Below, in pieces: positions 53,187-64,000 of a stretch of DNA of 64,000 bases (its first letter is position 1; each line of letters begins with the position of its first letter). Below the pieces are notes generated by a model. That model was given only the letters and a program-made list of their open reading frames with translations. It was not told where the DNA came from and made no database searches. The DNA is from Heterodontus francisci (lineage: Eukaryota). The stretch covers positions 120,294,388-120,358,387 of the forward strand of contig NC_090371.1 in assembly GCF_036365525.1 (NCBI RefSeq), given 5' to 3'. Position numbers and translations under genes: made by a program.

Positions 53187-54126
53187 ACATAAGAACATAA
53201 TAGGAGCAGGTATAGGCCATTTGGCACTTCAGGCCTGCTCCTCCATTCAACAAGAGCATGGCTGATCTATGCACCTTCCTGCACCATCCCCAAATCCTTA
53301 ATTCCCTTAGTATCGAAAAATATATTGACCGCTGTCTTGTATATACTCAACAACTGAGATTGCACAGTTCTGGAGTAGAGAATTCCAAGGATTCACAACC
53401 CTTTGCGTGAAGAAATTTCTCATCTCAGTCCTAAATGGCCAACCCCTTATTCTGAGACTGTGACCCCATGTTCCAGATTCCCCAGCCGGGAGAAACATTT
53501 TCTCAGCATCTATTCTGTCCAGCCTATAAGAATTTTATATGGTTTAATTATATCACCACTCATTCATCTAAACTCAAGGGAAATTTACAGGGCCTAGTCT
53601 ACTCACTCTCCTCATAGGACAATCCCCTCATCCCAAAAATCAATCTAGTGAACCTTCATTGCACTCCCTCCTGGGCAAGTATGTTCTTCCCTGGATAAGA
53701 TGAAAATTATATGGTACTCCAGGTGTGGTCTCGCCAAGACTCTATACAACTGCAGTAAGACGTCTGTACTCTTATTTGCCAATCCCTTTCCAATAAAGGC
53801 TAACATACTATCTACTTTCCTGATTGCTTGCTGTACCAGCATGTTGGCTTTCTGTGATTCATATACAAGGACGCCCAGATCCCCCTCCAAACATTTTCCA
53901 GTCTCCCCATTCAAAAAAAAATCTTTTATTTTTCCTGCCAAAATGGATCGCTTCACACTTGCCACATATAATGATTTAGATGAGGGGACCAAGCACAATG
54001 TATCCAAGTTTGCTGATGATACAAAGTTAGGTGGGAAAGTAAGTGGTGAGGAGGATGCAAGGAGACTGCAGAGGGAATTAGACAGTTGGATGAGGCAGCA
54101 AGAACATGGCAGATGGAATATGAATG
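53187..54126 (-). mobile_element. CR1 3' fragment with an inverted 5' segment
   Basis: 53187-53967 on the minus strand (tail to KCEAIHFG); 53968-54126 on the plus strand (NDLDEG..KFADD..WQMEY). Confidence 0.85.
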
Positions 54127-54138
54127 CCTTAGTACTGA

Positions 54139-54576
<438 letters not shown>

Positions 54577-55989
54577 TAATCACCAAATAAGTTATTTTCA
54601 ACAGTAAAAATACCAGCCAATAATGAAATTGAAGCTTAGAAATGCACAATTTTACAAGTGGAATGGCACTGGAATTTTTTGAATTTTGAAGAATTGTATA
54701 GGAATAACTAGATAAAATAAAGGCTTAAAGGAGCTGGATTTGCAACAACTTTTAGCTCTGAAAAATAAGTTAAGTACTTTCATAACCATAAATAGATATT
54801 ATTGAGCTGGAAAGAACAAATTTGCATTCCAATTCTAAAATAATGTGCTTGAGCAGAGGATATCACCAATATTGTAACATCATGACATTACAAAACATCC
54901 TTCAGTGAACATAGCCAGTCCATTCAAGGATTGGATGAAGAATGCTTCTTAGAGGAAAGGCCTCACAGGTCTGCAAATTTTGACAGATGATACCAAAATG
55001 AGGTATTAATGCTTTAGAAGGCTAAAAATGGAGCAAAGGGATCTTGATCAGCTGAGGGATTGGGCTAAAACGTGGCAAATGGAATTCAATGTTAGCAAGT
55101 GTGATGTGGCACATTTTGGTGAAGAAAAATGGAAGTTATACTCTGAATAGAAGTAGGCTCAATGTCATGGGTAAGTGAAGGGTTTTGGAATATAGGTTCA
55201 CAGAACATTTAAAGTAGAAACTTGGGTTGATATCTTTTTTTAGGAAAAGATATAGAATTCTAGCTATCAAGATTGAAAAAGAAATCCCGAGAATAAGACC
55301 TTTACTGGTTCTGATATTCTGCAATGAGAAAGGGTGGCTTAATAGAAGATCAAGGATGTGTTGTCTGCAATTTTCCTCCCATTAATATCAATGGATGGAA
55401 ATTTGCAGACAGAATACCCACCCATTGTACGTGAAAAGTCCAGTCCTGAAATTGGCTTATAGTCTGACAAATAAGTGAGTACAAAGGCCCAAGCTGTTTG
55501 TCCAAATTTACGGTAGTCTTGAGACCCAAATGTGCTGTTTGTACCACAGCAAAATGTGCCTGAAGTTCCATAATACCATCAAGTTCTAGCTTAGTTGACA
55601 TGTTCATCATCCATTAGCCCACACAGTATTTTCAGAAGGTTTAAAACCTAGAGTTCAGCAGCATTGCAGAATCAGCAAATCGCAACAGATAATTATATAT
55701 TTATAAACTATGGTAATGTGTTTATAAACCTTCATAGCTTCTTGTGCCTGTGATACTCGAGACTAGCAGACTTCATTTGCTTTCAGTAACACAATCTCCA
55801 GTATGTTCTGAGTTAATGGGGAAAGAGTAAAAGATGGAACATGCGATTATCTATTTTCAATAAATTCAGAAGCAATAAGGGAAGTGTCAAGGCTATAGAG
55901 CAGAGTAGCAATTTGGGTAAAAATCAGTGGGTCAGGAAGGACTGGAGAGTTTAATCAAGGTAATGGGGCATTAGTGACTAGGGTGACAC

Positions 55990-58918
55990 TAGGAGAAAAA
56001 TAAAGCTAAAGGCAATATATATATATATATATATATCCGTCCGTCCATCATTTGTGACAAAATAGATGAATTAATCGCATAGAAACTTTAATGGGTTGAT
56101 CTACTAGCCATTGTAGAGGCATGGCCAAGGTTGGGAATTAAATATTTCAGGATATTTGACCTAAAAAAGAGAGAGGCAAAATGAAAAAGGAGGCGGGTTG
56201 CCCTGATTATAAAGGATGGAATAAAGATAGTAGAAACAATCTTGGCTGGGCAAATAAAGATGTAGAATCAGTTTGGGTGGAACTAAGAAATTTATTTAGA
56301 GATACAGCACTGAAACAGGCCCTTCGGCCCACCGAGTCTGTGCCGACCAACAACCACCCAATTATACTAACCCTGCAGTAATCCCATATTCCCTATCACC
56401 TATCTACACTAGGGGCAATTTACAATGGCCAATTTACCTATCAACCTGCAAGTCTTTGGCTGAGAGAGGAAACCGGAGCACCCGGCGAAAACCCACGCAG
56501 TCATAGGGAGAACTTGCAAACTCCGTACAGGCAGTACCCAGAATCGAACCCGGGTCCCTGGAGCTGTGAGGTTGCAGTGCTAACCACTGCGCCACTGTGT
56601 TGCCCCGGGCCCAGGCATAGAAAACAATGGTTTATAGGCCCCCTGACAGTAGTTGTTATGTCAGGCAGAGTATAAATCAGGAAATTAGGGATGCATATAG
56701 CAAGAGTAGACAGTAATCATGGGGGAGTTTAAACTTCATATTGACTGGGTAAACCAAATTTTCAGTAATAGTATGGACGAGTTCATGGAATGCATCAGAA
56801 GATCAAGAAACAATCTAGAGATCAGGCTATTTTAGATCTAGTTTTGTGCAATGAGATGGGGTTAATCTTGAAATAAATGGCCTCTTGGGAAGGGGGACCA
56901 TAATATGATAGAATTTTATATTGCGTTTGAGAGTGATTTCGTTAAGTCTGACACAAGGGTCTTAAATCTGAACAAAGCAAACTATGTCTATATGAGGGGT
57001 GAGTTGGCTGAGGTAGATTGGAAAACTAGATTAAAAGATATGATGGTGGATAGGCAATGGCAAATATGATTTCATAATTTGCAACAAATATACATTCCCC
57101 TAAGGAATAAAATCTCACAGGAAAAGTCCAACTGTGGCTAATGAGGAGTTAAAGATAGTAATAGATTAAAGGAAGAGACTTATAATATTGCCAACAAGAG
57201 TAGTGAGCCTGTGAATTAGGAGTCTTTTAAAATTCAGCAAAGGATGACCAAGAAATTGATTAAGAAAGCAAAAATAGGATATGAAAGTAAATTAGCTAGA
57301 GACATAAAAATAGATTGTAAAAGCTTCTATAGGTATGTGTAAAGGGAGATTAAACATGGGTCCTTTTAAAAGCAGAGTCAAGAGAAATTATAATGGAATA
57401 AGGAAATGATAGACATTAAACAATGGTTTTGCACTTGTCTTCACAATAGAAGACACAACATTCTGGAACTAATGAGCACAGGGTCTAGTGAAAATGAGGG
57501 ACTTCAGGATATTGGTATTAGTAAAGAATACAGGAGGAATCAATGGGACTAGAACCCTATACCCTAGGGTTTAAGAGGTGGCTACTGAGATGTGGATGTT
57601 TTGGTTTTGATCTTCTCGAATTTCCTGGATTCTAGAATGGTCCCCATGGTTTGGTAGGTGACAAGCATAACCCCATATTCAAGAAAGGAGATCTAGAGAA
57701 AAAGAGTAACTATAGGCCAGTTAGCCTGGTATTCATAGGAGAGAAAATGCTGGAATCTATTAGGGACATGATTGGAACATATAAATTGTGATTGGGCAGA
57801 GCCAACAAGGATTTATGAAAGGGAAATCGAGCCAATAAGATGGATAAGGGGAAACTAGTGGCTGTATTGTATTTGTAATTTCAAAAAGCATTCAATAAGG
57901 TGCCACACAAGGTTATTGCCCAGAATTGGGGCTGATGGTATGGGGGTATAGTTAACAGACAGAAAACATTGGAGTAGGAGTAAACTGGTCATTTTCAGGT
58001 TGTAACTAGTGGGGTACTTCAAGGATCAGTGCTTGGGATTTGGCTATTTACGATCTTTATCAATGACACGGATGAAGGGACTGAGAGTAATATATCCAAG
58101 TTTGCTGACGATACAAAGTTAGGTGGGAAAGAGAATTGTAAGGAGGATGCAAAGAGGCTGAAAAAGGATTTGGACAGATTGTGAGTGGGCAAGAATGTGA
58201 CAGATAGGATATAATGTGGTGAAATGTGATACCCACTTTGGAAAAAAAAAAGAAAAACAGAATTTTTTTTAAATGGTGAGAAACTGGGAAATGTAAGTAT
58301 GCAGAGGGAATTGGGTGTATTTATACAAAAATCACATTGTTAGCTTGCAGGTACAGCAAGCTATTAGGAAAGCACATGGTATGTTTGCCTTTACAAAGGG
58401 GTTGGAGTAAAAAAAAAAGTCTTAACTGCAATTGTTTACAGCCTTCGTGAGACCACACCTGGAGTACTATAGAGTTCTGGTTTCCAATAAGGAAGGTTAT
58501 ATTTACCTTTTTAGAGGATAGATTTGAGTAGATCCAGCCTATATTCTCGAGTTTAGAAAAATAAGATCTCATTGAAACATGTATAATTCTTAAAGGGCTT
58601 CACAGGGTAGATGCACAGGGAATATTTCCCCTGGCTGGGGTCTAGAACTCGGGGTTACAATCTTAGAGCAAAGGGTCAGCTATTTAGGACTGAGATCAGG
58701 AGAATTTTCTTCACGTGAAGGGTTGTGATCCTCTGAATTCTCTTATCACAGAGAGCTGTGGTTGAGTATATTCAAGTCTGAGATTGACAGATCTTTTGAT
58801 ACTAAGGGAATTGAGGGATATGGGAATAGTGCAGAAAAGTGTAGCCGATGTAGATGATCAGCCTTATTGAATGGAGGAGCAGGCTTGGGCCAAATGGCCT
58901 ACTCCTGTTCCTATTTCT
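55990..58918 (+). mobile_element. Long, heavily degraded CR1 ORF2
   Basis: ESVWVELR, GEFK/GDF region, KFADD at about 58100, CR1 tail near 58900; (AT)n at 56015-56036. Confidence 0.8.
56292..56605 (-). mobile_element. HE1-like V-SINE, full length, inserted in the old CR1
   Basis: Reverse complement has a tRNA head (gtggcgcagtgg, gggttcgattc), the V-domain gggtgctccggtttcctc and a CR1-type tail. Confidence 0.88.
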
Positions 58919-58965
58919 TAAGTCCTATTCTTTGATTTCATGAAAGCGATATCCATTATTTACAG

Positions 58966-59128
58966 ATTTACAGATTTTGGCTGTATGCTGCATATACGAA
59001 ACATTCACTTCCTTCCTGATGGGCGATCTATTGTGGACACTGTTGGAGGAAATTGTTTCAAGGTTTTGGAAAGAGGGCAAAAGGATGGATATTACATTGC
59101 CAATATTGAATACTTGAAAGATGTTAAG
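58966..59128 (+). CDS. LONRF1: LONRF1-like coding exon 8
   Basis: FTDFGCMLHIRNIHFLPDGRSIVDTVGG..IEYLKDVK; phase 2 to 0. Confidence 0.96.
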
Positions 59129-59603
59129 GTAAAGATCATTTGCAGCACTTAAATGTAATGCAAATTGTAGTGGATCTCCATTAATTTCAATGGACAGCAT
59201 ATCCAATAGGCCCACAGCTCTCCACTCAAATTTTTGATGGAAAGTTTTGCCCAATGAGAGCAAACACTGGGAGCACAGATGTGTAAATTTCCCCCTTTAC
59301 TATCATATCAAATTGTCATGTTTTTACATGTCTTTGTTTCTATTTTTTTTAAAAACTTGATGGTGTAGTGGTTTGAATTTGGTTTTGGTTATCTTACCTA
59401 CAGTTACGATATACTATATTAATGCCGCTATATAGTTCAGCTCAAGTGGTTATTGATGTAACTTGCTGTATCTTAGCAATTTTCAGATTTCATATTTTCC
59501 ACTGTAGCATATTGGATATAACAGACTATTTAACAAAAGAAGCAGTTTGTCACTGTTTCCACTTTAAAGGTCAGCTTTTAAATATAAATCCATATTTTTT
59601 CAG

Positions 59604-59753
59604 GTTGCAGGGGAGGAGTTGGTTAAACTTGTGGATCTTCATGACGAAGTATATGCACAAGCTTGCAAGTGGTTTCAAAACTTGAAGAGTAGATTCCATA
59701 GTCAAATCCTTCAGCATTTTGGACCAATGCCAGAAAGGGATACAAATATACAG
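59604..59753 (+). CDS. LONRF1: LONRF1-like coding exon 9
   Basis: LHDEVYAQACKWFQNLKSRFHSQILQHFGPMPE; phase 0 to 0. Confidence 0.95.
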
Positions 59754-59996
59754 GTATGTGGATGCCAAGATGAATAATATTGTACTTCAGTGTTGTCCAC
59801 AACTCTAATTCAGTAAGTCACAATGAATGTGGGCTCTTCAAATTCTTATCTTTGCACACTGCTACAAGTCACAGTAAAAATAGTACCCAAATGTGATGCA
59901 CCACAGCACTTTGCAAGAGGTGGGAAGTTCAAACACTGAGCAGGAATTGGGAGAGATCTTGGGTGAGACAAGGGAAGTTGAACATGTAACCTTAAG

Positions 59997-62181
59997 GGAA
60001 GGCCAACTATACCAAAATTCGGCAGGAGCTGGGGAATGTAGATTGGGAGCAGCTGTTTGAAGGTAAATCCACATTTGATATGTGGGAGGCTTTTAAAGAG
60101 AGGTTGATTAGCGTGCAGGAGAGACATGTTCCTGTGAAAATGAGGGATAGAAATGGCAAGATTAGGGAACCATGGATGACAGGTGAAATTGTGAGACTAG
60201 CTAAGAGGAAAAAGGAAGCATACATAAGGTCTAGGAGACTGGAGACTGAAGAAAGACGAAGCTTTGAAAGAATATCGGGAATGTAGGACCAATCCGAAAC
60301 GCGGAATTAAGAGGGCTAAAAGGGGTCATGAAATATCTTTAGTAAACAGGGTTAAGGAAAATCCCAAAGCCTTTTATTCATACATAAGGAGCAAGAGGGT
60401 AACTAGAGAAAGGATTGGCCCACTCAAGGACAAAGGAGGAAAGTTATGCGTGGAGTCAGAGAAAATGGGTGAGATTTTAAACAAGTACTTTGCATCGGTA
60501 TTCACCGAGGAGAGGGACATGACGGATGTTGAGGTTAGGGACAGATGTTTGATTACTCTAGGTCAAGTCGGCATAAGGAGGGAGGAAGTGTTGGGTATTC
60601 TAAAAGGCATTAAGGTGGACAAGTCCCCAGGTCCGGATGGGATCTATCCTAGGTTACTGAGGGAAGCGAGAGAGGAAATAGCTGGGGCCTTAACAGATAT
60701 CTTTGCAGCATCCTTAAACACGGGTGAGGTCCCGGAGGACTGGAGAATTGCTAATGTTGTCCCCTTGTTTAAGAAGGGTAGCAGGGAAAATCCAGGTAAT
60801 TATAGACCGGTGAGTCTGACGTCAGTGGTAGGGAAGCTGCTGGAGAAGATACTGAGGGATAGGATCTATTCCCATTTGGAAGAAAATGAGCTCATCAGTG
60901 ATAGACAACATGGTTTTGTGCAGGGAAGGTCATGTCTTACCAACTTAATAGAATTCTTTGACGAAGTGACAAAGTTGATTGATGAGGGAAGGGCTGTAGA
61001 TGTCATATACATGGACTTCAGTAAGGCGTTTGATAAGGTTCCCCATGATAGGCTGATGGAGAAAGTGAAGTTGCATGGGGTCCAGGGTGTACTAGCTAGA
61101 TGGATAAAGAACTGGCTGGGCAACAGGAGACAGAGAGTAGCAGTGGAAGGGAATTTCTCAAAATGGAGACGTGTGACCAGTGGTGTTCCACAGGGATGCG
61201 TGCTGGGACCACTGTTGTTTGTGATATACATAAATGATTTGGAGGAAAGTATAGGTGGTCTGATTAGCAAGTTTGCAGACGACACTAAGATTGGTGAAGT
61301 AGCAGATAGTGAAGGAGACTGTCAGAGAATACAGCAGAATATAGATAGATTGGAGAGTTGGACAGAGAAATGGCAGATGGAGTTCAATCAGGGCAAATGC
61401 GAGGTGATGCATTTTGGAAGATCCAATTCAAGAGTGAACTATACAATAAATGGAAAAGTCCTGGGGAAAATTGATGTAGAGAGATTTGGGTGTTCAGGTC
61501 CATTGTTCCCTGAAGGTGGCAACGCAGGTCAGTAGAATGGTCAAGAAGGCATACGGCATGCTTTCCTTCATCAGACGGGGTATTGAGTACAAGAGTTGGC
61601 AGGTCATGTTACAGTTGTATAGGACTTTGGTTCAGCCACATTTGGAATACTGCGTGCAGTTCTGGTCGCCACATTACCAAAAGGATGTAGATGCTTTGGA
61701 GAGGGTGCAGAGGAGGTTCACCAGGATGTTGCCTGGTATGGAGGGCGCTAGCTATGAAGAGAGGTTGAGTAGATTAGGATTATTTTCATTAGAAAGACGG
61801 AGGTTGAGGGGGGACCTGATTGAGGTGTACAAAATCATGAGAGGTATAGACAGGCTGGATAGCAACAAGCTTTTTCCCAGAGTGGGGGATTCAATTACTA
61901 GGGGTCACGAGTTCAAAGTGAGAGGGGAAAAGTTTAGGGGGGGATATGCGTGGAAAGTTCTTTACGCAGAGGGTGGTGGGTGCCTGGAATGCGTTGCCAG
62001 CGGAGGTGGTAGACGCAGGCACGATAGCGTCTTAAGATGTATCTAGACAGATACATGAATGGGCAGGAAGCAAAGTGATACAGACCCTCAGAAAATAGGT
62101 GACATGTTTAGATAGAGGATCTGGATCGGCGCAGGCTTGGAGGGCCGAAGGGCCTGTTCCTGTGCTGTAATTTTCTTTGTT
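59997..62181 (+). mobile_element. Relatively young CR1, 5'-truncated, in the last intron
   Basis: ORFs 60264-61535 and 61486-62046; flanking cttaag direct repeat at 59991-59996 and 62182-62187. Confidence 0.93.
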
Positions 62182-62494
62182 CTTAAGACTTTTGGAAGAT
62201 GTAGGCCAGATGAAGCAAGGTGGAGGAGTTTAGGAAGAAAATCCTAGAGGACAGGGCTGTGATAGCTAAAAGCTGTGCCACAGGTGGGTGAAGCAGGAGA
62301 GGGGGATACACAGTATTCCAGTTTAGAGTGGAAGATCTATGCTTTTTTTGACATTCTAGTTGTCGTCATAATAACATTTTTAGTGTAAGTTCAGTTTTAA
62401 GTGCAAAGTCACCTTGATTTTTGGAAATAGTGAGGCCTGTGCAAGCTTCTGTCTTAGTCGATCAGTTAGTGTGAATGACCATACATACAATGCA

Positions 62495-62686
62495 GTTTTA
62501 TCCCCTAATCAACACAACTAAAACTATGATTTGGCCATATATATCATTGGTGTTTGCAGAACCTTACACTGTACAAATTGGTTGTTGTGTTGTCCTATAT
62601 TACAACAGTAGCTACACTTTAAAAGTACTTAATTGGCATGTCTTGAGGTGGTGAAAGGAGAAATATAAAAGCAAGTGCGTTTCCTT
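62495..62686 (+). mobile_element. SacSINE1/Deu-SINE-like 3' remnant
   Basis: cctatattacaacagtagctacactttaaaagtacttaattggc..gtgaaagg..atataaaagcaagt resembles the recalled consensus; a second piece lies at about 25030-25110 on the minus strand. Confidence 0.6.
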
Positions 62687-62705
62687 AAGTTATATTTGTA
62701 TTTAG

Positions 62706-62870
62706 GGCCCTCCAAATGGACCTGCTTGGTGTTGGTGGCTTCTTGCTGTTCTTCCTGTGGATCCCAAATATCAGCTCTCTGTCTTGTCCATGACATCCTT
62801 GAAGAACCGCTTAATCAAAATTCAGAAGATTTTGACTTACTTCTCCAGTGCAAGAGATCAATCCAAGTGA
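62706..62870 (+). CDS. LONRF1: LONRF1-like last coding exon with stop
   Basis: PNGPAWCWWLLAVLPVDPKYQLSVLSM..RDQSK-TGA; the exons sum to 1890 nt (629 aa plus stop). Confidence 0.96.
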   Translation, partial: GPPNGPAWCWWLLAVLPVDPKYQLSVLSMTSLKNRLIKIQKILTYFSSARDQSK

Positions 62871-64000
62871 CAATCTGCCTGGACTTGCTTCAAGGACCAT
62901 CCAATCCTCTTTCCAATCATGATCGGATTAATTGCTATTTTTTATATGCACTGCTGATTTCACAGAGATCTAAGAAGCAGGTATGGTCATAAAAGGAATT
63001 GCAAAATATGCTGTAAACAGAAAAAAACCTGACCTTTATTTATTTCGTCCCGTGAAGAGTGGCTGTGATAGACCATTATTCCACTCTAGGTTATTTGTGA
63101 AATTTTGAATAGCAGGAATTCCATGATTTTTTTTTTGTACTTATTTTTGATGTACTGATTATTTGAACAGATGCAATGAGTTCAGAGCACTACAGATATG
63201 CTCTGGCCTTTGAAAGCTATAATTATTTGAAATTTGAAAACTGTCATTTGCATAGATATTTCAGATTTGTCACCATCTACGCTGAACTGACTGAATCTTG
63301 CTGGGGTATGGGTTCTGGCAACCCTCCAGTACTTTGCCAAAATGTGAGACTGATGTGCAGCAGGCTATTTGACTATGGAAGCTATCACAGCTGCACATCA
63401 TCTGCCCTGACTCATTGGCACCACATGCTCACTTTCTAGTAAGAGTAGCTGGATAGTAGTTAAGAGCAGTTTTCTCCTTCCTTAACATCCCACTCGTGAC
63501 CCTGGTCAAAAATGGCCAACTCAACACACAACCAGGTATCAAACCTAGGACTTTCTAGTCTATATGGCTTATCACACCATGCGAATGCTGAATATACTCT
63601 CCAATCCATCAGACAAGATAGGATTCCAGATTCTTTTAATGCTATATTCTAATTTTTCAATTCTGCAGAATGGTATCACTACGCTGTGCAGTAATCGTGT
63701 ATCATAACCACTTTCTAATTCCAATAAATTAGGCCAGCCTTAAAACCACCAGATGTTTTGAGACTTGAATCTATATCCACTCAAGAACAGTTTACGTTTG
63801 GCTAATATATTTCATTGCTGAAAAGTGAACTGTAAGCTCTTCTGTTTTTGTTTTAAAAAGCAAAATTCGATACATTTAGTGTCATGGTTTGTATTTTTGC
63901 TCCATGAATTTGTAATTTTTTTTCCTGATTAAGTGCTGGTATTGTGTAAATATGCCAGGTATTGACTTCATCTGTAAATTTGTAAAATGTTTCTACAATA
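62871..64000 (+). other. 3' UTR with a candidate polyadenylation signal AATAAA at 63723-63728
   Basis: AU-rich sequence after the stop; the window ends in ..caata, possibly a second signal. Confidence 0.6.

Overview
Vertebrate genomic DNA, almost certainly from a cartilaginous fish (HE1-type V-SINE, SacSINE1-like Deu-SINE remnants, shark-type CR1 and Penelope repeats). Bases 1-36,100 are intergenic and consist of nested transposons: Gmr1-like Gypsy LTR elements, CR1, RTE, a CR1-group LINE, and Penelope and Harbinger remnants. From about 36,170 to the end lies one + strand gene, a LONRF1-like RING-TPR-RING-LON(N) E3 ligase with a CpG-island promoter. I reconstructed 10 coding exons with GT-AG boundaries and consistent phases (about 629 aa); it appears to lack two exons found in human LONRF1. 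The most unusual object is a complete 3.3-kb protein-coding LINE (13606-16895) that starts with a tRNA-derived Pol III promoter (A and B boxes), has no separate ORF1 and has no TTTT on its sense strand. An abundant SINE in the same window is its 5' end joined to its 3' end. This suggests a Pol III-transcribed autonomous retrotransposon with a derived SINE. All comparisons were made by eye and family names come from recalled consensus sequences, not database searches.
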